From Lepidodermella squamata (taxonomy: Eukaryota > Animalia > Gastrotricha), in NCBI GenBank assembly GCA_047495785.1, contig JBLDXI010000015.1:434001-498000 (forward strand): DNA of 64,000 nucleotides, written 5' to 3'. A program made the translations under genes and the position numbers. Each line of letters begins with the position of its first letter. The first letter of the stretch is position 1. A model generated the notes under the pieces. That model made no database searches and was not told the origin of the DNA. It worked only from the letters and a program-made list of their open reading frames with translations. Of the stretch, positions 12,023 through 25,684 are shown in pieces.

Positions 12023-13979
12023 GAAATTTTGGCATTGCAAGAAGATCTATCACACTGGATGTAGAATGTGTCTTGCTCTTTGTAACTATCGCCTTAAAAT
12101 GTTTCGTAGCCTAGTATTGCGCTCTTTGATCCGTGGTTGCTAACCGAGAATAGCTACGCATCTCTATCTGATAAATAATGCATCAATGTGGTGTATTACT
12201 TCGATACGCAGTAGCTCATCGATTTAATGCGTTCGTTTCTTGAAGCGTAGCATCTCGGTGGTATCACTGCTCATAATGAGGAGGTGTAATTACGGAAAGC
12301 TCGAATAGCTTTGACGCAGGTGAAGGCGTTACTAGGATACACTCGTTAAAGAAAACAAAATCGTGGCAAGAGAACCGGAGCAAAAGACAATTCACGCACA
12401 TTCAATGTTTATCCAGAGATCTGCATTGGTTTCCTGTTTCCTGCGGATGAAAACGACTGTTCGAGAAATTTAGTCAGACAGCCAGTCGTTTTTCGATAAC
12501 CAAAGCAACAAATTTGATGATCTGCTTGATTCATTGATTATCTCCAATCTCCAAGCTCACAACGAAGTCAATCGCAGAAATCGACTTCTAAGCTATTTGC
12601 ATTCCTCATCCGACTTCACTTGTGTCCGGATAGGTTGACTACCCATTTGTCGATTTGAAATTGGTTAAAACAGACAAAGTAGTGGCTTGGCTGACGAATT
12701 CATTTCTATTGTGTTACCACGTTTTGCCATGTGCATGACTTATACAGTGCTTATGTATGAATGAGTCATGCATATAACAAAGAGTGGTCACACTACATTG
12801 AACAGAGAAAATTTCCCAGGTTCTCAAACTGTAAACAACAAGTTTAACAACACCTGACCCAGGCTCTTTAAATGCGCCTTCCACCAAAGAATTCCAATTA
12901 ATTTATGTGGAAATAGCTATTTCCTCGATTTGCGTCTTCACCGCCTTTTCTACATCACCTCGAAGTGATCAAAAGGCATATTTTTTTCTGTCATAAAAAC
13001 AAGTCTTAATCAATGTCCGAGAGCATTTGATTCTTTCAAATTTTCTTTCGGGTTTGGGTAAGAAACTTTCTTTTACTTCGCGTCTCCTTAACGGTGATGA
13101 AATTAGGTAACTCTGAACCGCGTTAGTTAATAGCTTCGATAACATAGTTTCTGAATTGTTTTCAATTAAGCCAATTTAAAATTATTTTGTTCAAAATGAA
13201 AAAAGCTGGTAGAGATCCAACTACGGCGTAGCTCAAGGTCATATGCCCATCAAATGATAACCATCATTCAATATAGTTTTCAACTACGATTCGCAAATCT
13301 AAAATCGCAGCTTGATTAGTTTAGTATTTAATTTAGTATTTAAGTTTCCGTGAAAGTAATGAGAAGCATGCACGAGTTCGCGTGTGTCGATCTTCAGACT
13401 GATTTATTAATTTTCTCAGCAATTTGACAATTTTATTATTTCTGGTTTGAGAAAGATTCGAGCTTGGAAATGAGTCTAAAGTGAAGTTCATATAGAATTT
13501 AGCTATCACGTGAGGAACACGAGTTAAGGTATCGGCGTAGATAACTGCTGAAATTATGCACACGTGATTGAGATTGCCCTGGGTCAGATTTTGCGTTACA
13601 ATGTTAATACCAGTTGTCCTCTTTTTGGCCGCGTCCCAAAGGACGCGAAGGGGCATTCCAAATAAACCAATTCCCACGACGTTTGATAAACCAGTCTGCT
13701 GACTGATTGCGATCTCACTATTACGCCTGTTTTGAAATTGTGTTATGCTCTCTGATGACTCATGCTGCAGTGTAATTTTTTGCCACACATTGATGATAAA
13801 CGTGGTAGAATACTAAAATAGCTGAAACACCGTTTTTTATCGCGCCGTTATTATGCATGATTCATATTAATTTGATCCGGCTAAATTTCTATGTGCACAC
13901 GCTAAATTTCGTCATTACAACAAACTTGCGTCATAAAAACCAGCGAATCTAACAAAAATTGCCCAGAGTCAATAATATA

Positions 13980-14527
13980 ATGATACCTAACAGCGTTTTT
14001 CTTGCGATGTTCGCCGTTACGATGGCTAGTGGCCGGCCAATTACGGTAAGTAAACACCATTGGCTAACATTTTCCTTGAATGAGTCTTTGTGTTTTTGTA
14101 GGCTGAGTCAGACGACACCGATAAGCCGAGTCTTTCGGATGTTTTAGCGGAGACCGCTGCTCTTCGGCGGCATAATCGAGATCTCCAGACGACTGATCAT
14201 TCTTCGTCTCTTCTCAAGTCGATAATTGCGGATGAAGCGAAGCATGACGATAAGAAGAAGCGGGGCGACAACAAGCATCATGTTCGCCACAATCTCATCA
14301 AAATGATCAAAGACATTTTGAAGCTGCGGGGAGACGAAGCTAAGCTCAAGGCCTACCTGAATGCAATCGAGCACGAGGTGAAGCGGCGGCGGTTCGAGAA
14401 ATGCGTCGAGACCTTCAACCCATCGATTTGCCGAAACACCGGTGCATTTTACATCTGGGCGCAACTGCTTGCCCAAGACATCCTCAACGGGAAGCACGAT
14501 TCAATGCTTGCTGGAATCGAGGAGTAA
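13980..14527 (+). CDS. Secreted peptide-precursor family, copy 2; exons 13980..14045 and 14102..14527
   Basis: 22-codon signal exon and phase-0 GTAAGT..TAG intron. Acidic pro-region, KKKR site, then RFEKCVETFNPSICRNTGAFYIWA. AATAAA downstream near 14608. Confidence 0.85.
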
Positions 14528-16054
14528 TCGCGAGTGACTTTTCAAATTTATTCCTGATTTTTCGTGTCCATTTCTATGTATTTTTCTACTCCGTGCTCAT
14601 TTTTGAAAATAAACACAACAAATAACGTCTCCTTTGCTTTCTATTTCCTTTCCTTTCGGTCATATTTTGAGTTTCACTATCAACCATACTCTTTTCAGCT
14701 TTCATCATTCAGACATCCCATTGAATTTCCTTTCGTAGTAAAAATGAGTAGTAAAACGCAACCACCCACAGATGTTAAGCCACCGTGACCACGACGCACG
14801 AATTACGGCAGCCAAATTACGCATGATAGTATGACTGTTTTTCTCACTTTTACGAGACGAGCATCATTTTATGGAGGCACGTTTTTCCACTCTTCGTGCC
14901 CACCATTTCCGACGGAGAATGAATCAAGGAAGTACAGGAAAGCCAACAATTGTTTCTGCCGAGCATGTATGACGACAAAAATTTTCAACGTTGTTTATCA
15001 CGATTACGAATTTTGAATAAATTATTCCGACGAGACACGAGATGTTTACGGATGTCAAATCAGAATCTCAAATTTCAGCCCTGATTAATTTCCTAATGTT
15101 TGGGTTCCGCAAGATGTGACTAATACTGCCAGAGATGTAAATGAGCGGTAATAACCACCAGGAAGTGTAAATTTTGAACGTTTGCCATTTATATAACCTA
15201 CCAATGCTGAATTTAAAAATAAAATGAATCATAATTTAAGCCATCCATACAGAAGGCTCGTTCGATATGGAATACATTGTGTAAAAATAATCCTTTTCAC
15301 CAATAATTAGCATGTAGATGGATGCTAGACACCTAAAGATTAGATTCAGCGATCGAGAAAATGGAAAGTCTCACTTCGTGATTGCACAATGATTCACGCT
15401 GGTTACTTTTAGATTGAGTTTCAGGAAATCAAAGCCCTCCATTCCCACAAGCAGTTTGTTATTCAAAGTTTTTTATATCGCATTTGCCGGCTGAAACCAC
15501 GAGGTTGACCCTTGCCGCGAATAATCTAAGTCTGAGTGCGAATTGTTTTTTCTCAATGGCGTTTTTATGGCGCTACAAACACATACGTGTACGCTATCCT
15601 GACCTTATCTATGCAAATACAATTACGCGATATAATATGCGGCACTCCCATCAGCATTCCATTGCGATGCCAAGTTTCCTATATTATAGGATAACACCAA
15701 AATAACGTTATCTGTACATAGCTTCAAATGAGAGATAATAAGATATTTCGATCAGTTTCAGGAAATTATCTTAATTAAATCGAGAAACCGTGCATTAGGA
15801 GTCTTCACTCATTTGCATGATTGGGACAAATCGTGGTAACGAAGAAATACCGAACCGATGCTATCATGAGTGACATACTAATTTAGTCATTCGTCATCGC
15901 GGTCGTCTATCGCCATAAAAGGTCGCGACATGGCCCGGCGCTATGTTATTCAGAGGCCAAGAACGTTGTTTGTACCCACTCGGGCCATAAAAGATTCGAA
16001 ATCAATGCGAAACATGTTATAATGCTCAGTTTATTTCTGAAATAAGCGTATTAA

Positions 16055-16441
16055 ATGAATACCAGCTATCAGGGCGTTTCTCAGGAGGACATTGAAGTCC
16101 CCCCACCCGGCAGATACTCACCTCATAACAATACGATCTACTACCAGCGATCTGCTAAGAAGAAATGCTGTTCTAGGAAGTGCTGTTGTATCGGGACAAC
16201 ACTTGGCGTGATATTTGGCCTGTTAGCGATCGCTGCGATAATTTACGTCGTCATGGTTGCCGAGTCGCAGTGCTATCGCGGCTGCCAACGGCTGTGCACA
16301 ACTGAGAACCACTGCACGGACGCGTGTTGGAAGGTGTGCTGGAAGGCGCAGTGGACCAAGTGCCCGGAGGACGGCACGAAAGCGTGTTCGTTCATTCTAT
16401 GGGACAAGGCTCTCATTAATATGGGCAATCTTTTCGGCTGA
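16055..16441 (+). CDS. Small Cys-rich single-pass (type II) membrane protein, 128 aa, unknown family
   Basis: Pro/Tyr-containing N-terminal tail, KKKCCSRKCCC, one hydrophobic helix of about 22 aa, then an 8-Cys ectodomain. GC-richer than its flanks. Confidence 0.7.
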   Translation: MNTSYQGVSQEDIEVPPPGRYSPHNNTIYYQRSAKKKCCSRKCCCIGTTLGVIFGLLAIAAIIYVVMVAESQCYRGCQRLCTTENHCTDACWKVCWKAQWTKCPEDGTKACSFILWDKALINMGNLFG

Positions 16442-17208
16442 TCAGCGCAACCACTGTTGACAATGGTCATATCGGCAACAATTAACGGAATAAGATGTAG
16501 TTCTTTCTTAGATTTTTGAATATCGAGATGAGAAAAATTGCCAATAGTTCTCGAACTTATTCAGTTTTGCTTTCAATTGTGACCTGAGGTAACAGTGACT
16601 GCACTTTTTTCATCAATTTGCCAAGCTTTTTTATTTATAATAAATCCTTTTTTATGGAGCAAAGAATCAGTTTTTAGCGCATGAAGATGTTTGCAACGTG
16701 ATCAAGTAACGTAGCTCATTCTTTAGCTACCCGTTACCCGTTACTGAACAGGATTCACAAGTTTCATAGCGTGCATTCAGACAGGTGAGGTGAACTGGGA
16801 CACATTCGGCACAAGTGACTGCTAATAACCAACTACCCGACGCAGTAATCGGCGGTTTCGAAAGTCACCAAAAGCTGACGATTATTACCGGCTCTCTCGT
16901 TTCGGCATTAACCACTAATCGTGATGAATAACGATCGTAACCGGAACTGTTAACCTTATTTTGCACATCATAAATGATGCTTGGACGGAGCGCACGGAAA
17001 TTAATGAGGCGATTCATGATATTATTTTCCAAGTATGACCTTTGACCCCAAATTATCTGTGACAGCACTTTATTTCCGTAAACAACCCAGCTGCTACGTC
17101 CCAGCTACGGCTCTTGCAGAAAATAGGTGCATTTTCACATCCATAGTGTTGCGAGTCGAGTGCAAAGCCTATCGGCAATTCTACGACGTAATTATACGTC
17201 GTTCCTCG

Positions 17209-17260
17209 CTGTTCATGTGTAAAATGAATCAACCAGCCTATAAAACAGTTTTTCTGTCGC
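17209..17260 (+). promoter_or_regulatory. Conserved core promoter block (TGAATCA + TATAAAA at 17239..17245) of peptide copy 3
   Basis: Same block upstream of copy 6 (about 31797..31845, TATAAAA 31828..31834) and partly of copy 4 (about 24976..24995). TATA lies about 60 nt before the ATG. Confidence 0.55.
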
Positions 17261-17300
17261 TATAATCTGCCTGTACACATTTCATTGTTAAAGTAATTTA

Positions 17301-17799
17301 ATGATACGTAGCAATCTAATCCTTGCTATTTTTGTTGCCACTGCTACTTTGAGCGGGCTAGTTAGGGTAAGTGAACTAAACTAGGATTCGCTTTCAATGA
17401 GGTACTTAAATCTTGGCTTAATCGTTTCAGGCTGAGCCAACAGATGGCGATGAACTCACTGCGGAAGTCGCAACGATGCAGCGGCACTTCGACGACAGCG
17501 AAAATCCTTCGTCTCCTAATATCGAATCAATGACCACAGTTGCAGCCATTGATTGCAAAAGCTGGCGAGAATTTGGCCGCGAAGTACGTCGACGAATGCT
17601 GGAGTTGCGAGGAAACCCCAGAAAGCGCATTGCATTTTTGAAGGCGGCTGAGCGACATGTAGCGAAGAAGCGGTTCGAAGAATGTCTCAAAACCTTCAAT
17701 CCATCGATTTGTCAAAACACCAAATCTTTTTACATATGGGAGCGTATAGTCGCCCAACGTATTATGGATGGGAGCCACGATTGTGTGATCAGGTTTTAA
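17301..17799 (+). CDS. Secreted peptide-precursor family, copy 3; exons 17301..17366 and 17431..17799
   Basis: Signal exon MIRSNLILAIFVATATLSGLVR, phase-0 intron, acidic pro-region, cationic domain with RFEECLKTFNPSICQNTKSFYIW. AATAAA at about 17868. Confidence 0.85.
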
Positions 17800-19295
17800 G
17801 TTGAAGAACAGCCATACTTTTTGATACTTTCAGTCTGTATCCTCTGATCATTCCAGAAATGAGCTCGAATAAAGAATCACCCATTTCATTCTGCTCACAT
17901 CGTAATTGTAATTCCATGCCACGTTAGCGCCAAAGTTGTTCAAAATTTCCCGAAACAAGTCTCATTTACTGCAGGAACATCATTTTTTAAGCTTTATAGA
18001 GCATTTTCAAGCCGAAAATGGGCATAAAATGCATTAAATGTTCGAGGATTCATGGGCAACCACTGTCCCTTTCTATAGCAAATTTCAATTAAAAATGAGG
18101 AGACATCCTCCTTTCGCGGTATCACGTTCTTTAATTGCATTCACAAGGCTAGATCAAAATCATCAAATCAAAACGTTTCCCCGCCCCCATAAATCAATCA
18201 TTCTAAATCTAAATCAGGTAAATAGGGTCTAACTCAAATCAAATCAAATCAAACCCGTATCACTGGGGCCACGCGATAAGTGACTCATTTAGGTACGAAT
18301 CATAAAAAATTCTTTCGCGATATTTTCACTTTCCTTTGAGAAGAACATCCTCTTAGGGAGAGGCTCTTTTGTCTTCAGGTCGTCCCACCATAGCCGAATA
18401 CGAGCATTACTGTATATATGACGACATTCTAAATTAATTCATCACGGGGTGAATTTTCAATGAATCCTTCCTACTTCCTACTTCCAACTTGCGGCAGCCA
18501 ACAGGCAGTTACGGAATAAATTATTATAGTTTATTTCAGCTTTGAATTTTAATTTATGATTCAGTGATTCAGATAGTTATATGCATGAACTTTCCAACAA
18601 ATGTTGTGAACATGAATTATGCGAATAGTTGAAATGACAACGTTGTACGAAGTAAAGGTATGCTACCTTGAGTGTATAAGCGGCCCAGCCGAGAAAAACA
18701 CAAGAATTATACCGACAAAAGAACCCATATCCAAATATTTCACCGGAACCAATTATTAATTGATTGCCTGTTAATTGATTCAGTCATTTCAGTAGACCAA
18801 CATTTCAGAAAATTGAATCTGCATCAGGCCGACTTTTTCAATTCGAACATATCTCCCGAGAATTGGCGGTGTACAATACAATGGGAAGGATTGCCCAGGA
18901 ACATAGTTCGGCATTCGATAACCTCGAATAAAGTCGCAAATGGCATTGTTATTAGCGCCAACAGCTGAATCTCCAACGCGAGCTGTCAATTCAAAGCTAG
19001 ATGCCGTTGAGTAATCGATCGCGTTACCAGCAGCTACCGAAACTATTTTCGATACCAAAATCGATTGGCCCAGGTCAACCTGAAACCATAGACTCGCAAC
19101 ATTGGGCTGCGTAACACCGGGCAAGACGAAAGATCCATCTGTCAGTCCAGCGTTAGTCGTGGCATCGAAATTCGAGGACGTAACTTGCTTCAAAAATGCG
19201 ATATTCAAATTTGTTTCACTGCTAACCTCGACTTTGCAAATCATCATATCTAAGCCACGACCTTGCTGGACTATTGTGACGTATCGACCTGATAT

Positions 19296-22200
19296 CGTTC
19301 GTGTTGCGACGTAAGGAACCGCCAGTGCTAGCACATACTACTATATATCATTAGACCGCTTTATAGCGGTTGTATCCCAAATTACTATCTTCAGTTCAGG
19401 GGCTGTAAAATTGCCATTAGCAGCGATCTTGCGTTCTCAGCGATTCTTGGACTCTTGAAGGGAGTAACTCAGCTTCTTCGCCTATAAACTTTTCTCACTC
19501 AAATTTTTCTCATGCTCTTCATGAATTCTTCGATCGAAGATTCTACAGGTAGCAAAAACGAGTGACCGTGACCTGGTGCCGTACATCTTTATCTTTATTC
19601 TTAAGGCAGCAAAGGAGCAAATCAGCGAAGGAAATGAAAGTGTCAATTCATCACACAATTTAATATAGTTCCAGCAGGAAGGGCGATAACAGGTAACAGG
19701 TTGAATAGATCGAAGTAACCAGCACTCAGCAATAGTTAAGAGCGACCTTATGCCAGAATTTCGCCACTTTCCATCACATATATCCAATAAATGTCAAATT
19801 CCAATATCCAATCAGATATAACAAAATCGGCAAATCCGAGTAAAAATTGAAGTAAAAAAAATCCTATCGAAAATTCAGAATTTAAAATTTGATGCAGCAG
19901 TTGATAGGATGCAGAGAACATACTTAACTAGAGTCGATAGATGTTGAGATCGAGAGTTCGAAAGATAACATGATCAGTACCCATTGTAATCCATTGGGTT
20001 ACCACTAAATTTCAGGTGGCAGCCATCATTTGAAAAATACGTGGAATGATTCGGGCAGAACGGTAACTAAAATAACAAGCCACAGTTATGGGAGTGGGCC
20101 GGGTTTAGCCCGGATCGGGCCGGGCCGGGTACGGGTCTGGTTCCGGTCTGACTTTGAGACCTTTCTCTAGTAGGGCTCAAAACCCTTAGCTAGGAACCAC
20201 TGACACACATGTAATTACATTGTGTTTGAGGCTGTAAGTTGAAAAAAATCCGCACGCTGATTGGTCAGTTGGCTCGTATCCATGACTCCGCCTTGCTACT
20301 TGATCGTGCGATCCATAAAATGTTTGCAAAAAATATCTTTTTATGAATGGTTTTACGCATTTGTTGGAAACGCGTGCTACGATACGGCCTTCATAAAAAT
20401 AATAAAAGCCACAAATTATATAGATCGCACGATCAAGTAGCAAGGCGGAGTCATGGATACGAGCCAACTGACCAATCAGCGTGCGGATTTTTTTCAACTT
20501 ACAACCTCAAACACAATGTAATCTCAAATGACAATATTGAATACTAAGAACTATTAAACTTGTATAGCCATGAGTTAAGCGTTTAAGCCAGTGCAAATTC
20601 AACAGAAATATTCAGCTCGCCATTGCTGAGAATCCGGTTTATTGTGACCACAGGCCGGGCCGAGTTCCAAAACTTAGGCCCGTGGACAACTCTGCAACGA
20701 CGCTAACAACTATGGAGCAGTGATGGCGGCTTATTCTGCCTCACTTGATTTGGATAAGATATTTCCTACAAATCAAAGCCTATTTCCCTATCTATTTGAG
20801 ACTGATTAAATGTTTAATGCTAACATCCAGCTCAAATCAGACTTGTCACTGAAATACTGTGCTTTGATTTAGCTTTGCCAAGCAGAAAAAATCGCACCAT
20901 TCCTTTAGAGAAAAGGTGAAAGATCCACTTGTAACCCGTCCTCATCAACAGTATATTTTGCCTCCGGTTACTCTGAAAGCCCGAGAATTATTCTGCGGTT
21001 CTCACCGATCGTTTCGATGTGCCGTAAGCATTCCAGATAGCCGTAATTATATATACGGTTGATTATTTCCTTCAATAACTATTTTTCTGTGGCACACCGC
21101 TGAACCATGGCTGTCGTTTCTGAAAATACGAGCCTGAAATAGTATCTGAAAATACGAGCCTTGGTATAGGCTTAATAAGTTCGCGCAGACCTCGTCAGAC
21201 CCAAACTTGAATCTTTGAGTGAGGTTTGTCAATACGGCAAGCGAGTGGTAAGCATTGCTCGAATATGGCGGGCTCATTGCTAATCATCGCTAATCGGATC
21301 ATATTGCTAGGAAAATTTGAAATCTTTCTTTGGCATGCAGGGATCCATGCCATGCTTCGCATTCTCGAATGAAATGAATTTTGTTATTTTCGTTAATTTT
21401 GTGCGATTCTACTCATGAGCTTCTAAACCCCTAACACTTAATACGTGATATCCGTGAGAGAGGCTCCCCAAGTTGGGTCGTCCACCGCCCGTATTTTAAA
21501 GGGTCCCACTCATGACAAAGGGGCGCTCGTTTCGCAAGCTAAAAATGGCATAACGTTAATTGGTGCGGTTTTCATGTGCTTCGACGCCGCGTGGTTGTCA
21601 CTCATTAATAAATTTCGACAATAATTTCCTTTTCTCTGCAACATTTCTCGAAACATTTAAGATTGCTTCGTTAACTGCTATTTGAAAGAAAGGCCATGCT
21701 GAACCCAGTATCTCATCGGCGAAATTACCCAGGAAACTGGTCAAAGCTGTGCCCATAGTCTCGTATTAACACGAGACATTCTTGATAAAACATGAAATGC
21801 GATTTATTTTGTGATAGGAAAAAAATAAGTCATGAATTTTTCCGAATTTCCGAATTTTCAAAAACGTTTTGGTTTAAGTCGATTTCCAGCGAGTATCTCA
21901 GTTGCGTTAAATCTCAGGTTGGAAATACACTATCGAGGTTTCCCTGCAATTTGAACCAATTTCCACATCCCCAGTGTCGAAATTTAGAAGGTTTCAACAT
22001 CTCAAATAGACTGAATTTGTGAATGGCGGCGGTCTTATGATAGAATATCGTTTAACTAAGCCCATTGAATTATCCTAGCGAATCTCGATTAAGGAACGCA
22101 GATGATCGCCATAGATTACAAATCGTTTCGATGGGCGATTGACTAGGCTATACACAAAGGCAGAAACGTATTACTGAAGTATTAACATTAGCTGATTTCC

Positions 22201-22869
22201 GCATCGAAAATCGGCTCTCTTTAGAGCTTTTAAGAGGAATTATTTCTAGGTGCAAGAGATAGATGAACCTGTTTACCCTGCTGATATCTGGAAAAGTTGA
22301 TAAACTTATTTCAAAATAAGGCAAAAATGGGAGAAAATGGAATGAAGAAAAAGATAAATTGTTTGTTCTGAAGAATTTGAAAGAGTTAGGAAGACCTTTC
22401 TATAGCGTTCCGTTCCCGCACGCATGAATTAAACAATCTCCTCATTGTTTTCACCATGCCCCCTTGTCTAGCAATGACGAGATGCGCTTTGATTGCAATT
22501 TTTAGAATATATTTATAATACAAAAACCTGTGCTATTTACGCTAAAATGATAACTGAGTAAATAAATGACGCGGAGCAATTTTTCACTATAAGTGTATTT
22601 AAAATGTAGGATATTATAATGCGAATTTTTCTTAATTCAAACAACGAAAATTAAAGGTTTTCAAGCAAGAAATTCAACGGCCATAAAACGAAAGATAGAT
22701 AATAACACCCAAAAACCACAATACCAGGCCTGCTGTGAGATGGTAATCAGATATCACTTTACCGGATGATCATTTGCGGAGGCTGGGTAATAAAGATGCA
22801 ATCGGTAATATTACTACATATATATTAGGATTCTGTGTGCTGTGGGTTCCTTACGTCGCAACACGAACG
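19296..22869. mobile_element. 3.57-kb non-autonomous DNA transposon, perfect 25-bp TIRs, 4-bp ATAT TSD (possibly Sola-like)
   Basis: CGTTCGTGTTGCGACGTAAGGAACC at 19296..19320 and its exact reverse complement at 22845..22869. ATAT on both sides (19292..19295, 22870..22873). The empty site CCTG-ATAT-AGGCG is present in the paralogue at about 34078..34090. Confidence 0.9.
20218..20518. mobile_element. MITE with 96-bp TIRs and TA flanks (Tc1/mariner-type), nested in the larger element
   Basis: 20218..20313 is the reverse complement of 20423..20518 with one mismatch; TA on both sides. Confidence 0.8.
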
Positions 22870-23106
22870 ATATAGGCGGAAAGCAAGGAATCGAGATTTT
22901 CGCATCGAAAGGCACATTAGGCTGGGCAGCATTGTTGCAAACTGGCAAAGCATCGGCATCGCTAGCCCCACCTGCTGGTATGTTGTTCGAAACAGCAATT
23001 TGAAGCCCAGAAATCGGAGTTCCGTTTCGGCGTAGTTGCAGCCCTTGAAACTGAATCGACCAATCGGCTGAAGGATGAAATCATCAACATAAATATGTGA
23101 AAATAT

Positions 23107-23884
23107 GTGTAGGTTGTATGACAATTGAGCAACGAAAATTGGGAATACGACAATTCGACAGCGACAATTCAACAAACGCCAATTCGGCAATATTTTTTTA
23201 TTCGATCGAAAACGACAACTCGGCAAACGACTACTCAGCAGTAAAAATTTATCGTACCCTTGAGCGACAATTCGGCAGAAGACAACTCGACAAATCACTA
23301 ATACTGAAACGACAACTCAGCATTAGCTATAGATTGGGAAGTTTCGAGAGCCACGCAAACTTAAAATAACCGTCAGATACATATTTCAAGCCTGTCGAAA
23401 AAATACAGGTTGAAATGGGCATGCTCGCTCCGCTCGCATAGCCTTCTTAGCCTTGATATTCTTGCTCAACCTAGGACATCACATTTTTTCCGTTTTCGGG
23501 TTTAATCGACCTAACGTCTCTAACGTGGCAGAAATGTATTCTTGCAGAGTTGTCGTTTCCCCATATTAGTGATTTTCATCATGTCGAGTTGTCGTTTTGC
23601 CGAATTGTCGAAAATGGATATTCTGCTCAATATTCATTTGCCGAATTGTCGAAAATGGATATTCTGCTCAATATTCATTTGCCGAATTGTCGAAAATGGA
23701 TATTCTGCTCAATATTCATTTGCCGAATTGTCGAAAATGGATATTCTGCTCAATATTCATTTGCCGAATTGTCGTTTTCGGTCCTCTAAATTTTTAATGC
23801 CGCGTTGACGTTTGTCGAATAGTCGTCCCGAGCTGTCGCATGTTGAATAGTCATTTGCTCACTTGTCGCCACACCACACTACAC
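23107..23884. mobile_element. Foldback-like element with modular inverted arms
   Basis: Left arm repeats CGACAA(T/C)TCG(G/A)CA; right arm repeats the reverse complement TGCCGAATTGTCG. Boundaries approximate. Confidence 0.55.
23597..23774. repeat. 41-bp minisatellite, 4.3 perfect copies
   Basis: Unit TTGCCGAATTGTCGAAAATGGATATTCTGCTCAATATTCAT starts at 23597, 23638, 23679, 23720, with a partial copy at 23761. Confidence 0.95.
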
Positions 23885-25071
23885 GTTATAGGTTAGTTGT
23901 CGTTGAGCTAACTAAAAGCGATCGCTATTCGTAGGTAATAGGTCTTAGCTCTTCAATAGCCATAATAGCGCTAATAGCTGTTAAACAAAACTGAACAGCA
24001 AAGTTAGTTCCTATTTATTACCCAAACACTGAGTATAATGTATCGCCGGGTTGTCCTTCGGCGGTGGTATTATCATTGGATAGATCATTGCGAGAGCGGC
24101 CTCTTTCAAACGCGGAATGCCAGAAATGCGGCAAATTTATTCCTGTTGTAAGGACTACTGCGATAAAGTCGGAGTAGCGGAAGAGCTATTAATTTGAGAG
24201 AACCCAAAATAAAGCCAATTACGATGTTGCAATTTTTTATCAATCTAAGCAACATCACAAGAAGCCCATCGTAGATCGTAGCCTAAATTTGCTGGTTTCG
24301 TTTTTGCAGCTGAGCCCCGCGGAAAAATGGCGAGTTTCATGGGGCCTTTTATAGGCGGAGTCTAAAGAGCCTAATCTGAACCTACGATTTTGCGACAGGG
24401 TCAGCACTGGAAAAACTTGACGCCGTCCTGACGAGATTCTGCAACATCACCGGAGCGAGCAAACAAAAACGCAATATAGGAGTAATGGCGTACCTCTACA
24501 CTCTACAAGATAATCGTCACGGGTCGCGGAATGAAGTCAGATCTAAATTCAGACGCATCTTTTTGAGGAAAACGGGTACCAGAGCATCGACAGCAAAACA
24601 CCACCATCAAAATCTGTCTAGCCGATCCTCAGCCGAAGTCAGCAGCGAAACATAAACAAGAGAGTCGAGAGAATAATTCAACTTTGCAACGAAATACCGA
24701 TAACCTGCTTCCCGGAAATTGCTAACATTGACTTGTACACATGCTACATGAATGATCTAGGGATATCGCTAGCGCTACTAGGCGCTCCCAATACTCGAAG
24801 TTTAGTTGATTGTTCAGTTGATATGGAAAAAATAATCTTCAGATGACGCGGCACACTGAGAGGAGCACGAATCAGCTTCTCTTGTGTAATTTGATTGATG
24901 ACTCATCATTCAATTCGCACCCGAAAGATGATTACTTGTGAATATTAAAATGATTTAACTGAAATATATAGTTTATGTTAAAATGAATCAACAGACTGAA
25001 TAACAATTTCGGACTTTTTCTTGAATCTGCCTCTTTAGACATTTCATTGTTAAAGTTTAAAGTCAATTGAA

Positions 25072-25567
25072 ATGATACGCTTCATCTTTGCGATTTTCGC
25101 TGCTACTGCCTCTTACTGGCTAATTATGGTAAGTAAACGCAATAAGCATTCACGTTCAATTTAAATTGAAGTAAATTTTGGCTTAACCGTTTCAGGCCTG
25201 TAAGTCAAATGATGGCGGTGAACCCACTGCGGAGACCTCCACGACGCAGCGGCATCTCGATGCTAGCGAAAATCATGCGTCTCCCATCGAATCTATGACA
25301 ACAGCTGCTACTGCAATTCATTGCGAAACCTGGCGAAAATTTGTACGCGATGTACCTCGACAAATCCTGAAGTTAAAAAGAAACGAAAAAGAGCTCATGG
25401 TATTTTTGAAGGTGGTTGTGGAACATGTTGCGCAGAAGCGGTTCGAAGAATGTGTCAAAACCTTCGATACGTCGATCTGTCAAAACACTCAATACTTTTA
25501 CGTATGGGCGCGTAAATATGCCCAACGTATTCTGGATGGCGAGCTCGATTGTTTGATCATTTGGTGA
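25072..25567 (+). CDS. Secreted peptide-precursor family, copy 4; exons 25072..25128 and 25196..25567
   Basis: 19-codon signal exon, phase-0 intron, family motif RFEECVKTFDTSICQNTQYFYVWA. Confidence 0.8.
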
Positions 25568-25684
25568 AAATCGAAGAACAGACATATTGTGCACACGTCA
25601 GACCCCCCTCCGTCTCATGTCACACTTTCGCTGACCCCTCCCCCCCCCTCTCGGAGCGTGACGTTATTTATGGATGCTCCCCTG

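Larger units (their letters stand above)
18789..23091 (-). pseudogene. Remnant of the 3' exon of the lectin-like gene (copy of about 33590..34303), split by a TIR transposon
   Basis: 18789..19295 matches about 33590..34085 and 22870..23091 matches about 34082..34303. Homology stops at a foldback element near 23100. Confidence 0.85.

Noticed and set aside
18789-19334. 181-aa ORF as an independent gene
   Set aside because: Its start lies inside the transposon end; the rest is a duplicated last exon with no signal peptide.
20186-20547. Two opposite-strand ORFs sharing SHDQVARRSHGYEPTDQSACGFF
   Set aside because: Artefact of the 96-bp inverted repeats of a MITE.
21047-21277. Faint resemblance to PIF1/Helitron helicase motifs (..SHG..) inside the TIR element
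   Set aside because: Needs several frameshifts and the match is too weak to call by eye.
23597-23774. Regular 41-bp repeats resembling a CRISPR array, and ORFs 23542..23808
   Set aside because: Units are contiguous and identical with no unique spacers, there are no cas genes, and the context is eukaryotic. The ORFs are by-products of a stop-free minisatellite.
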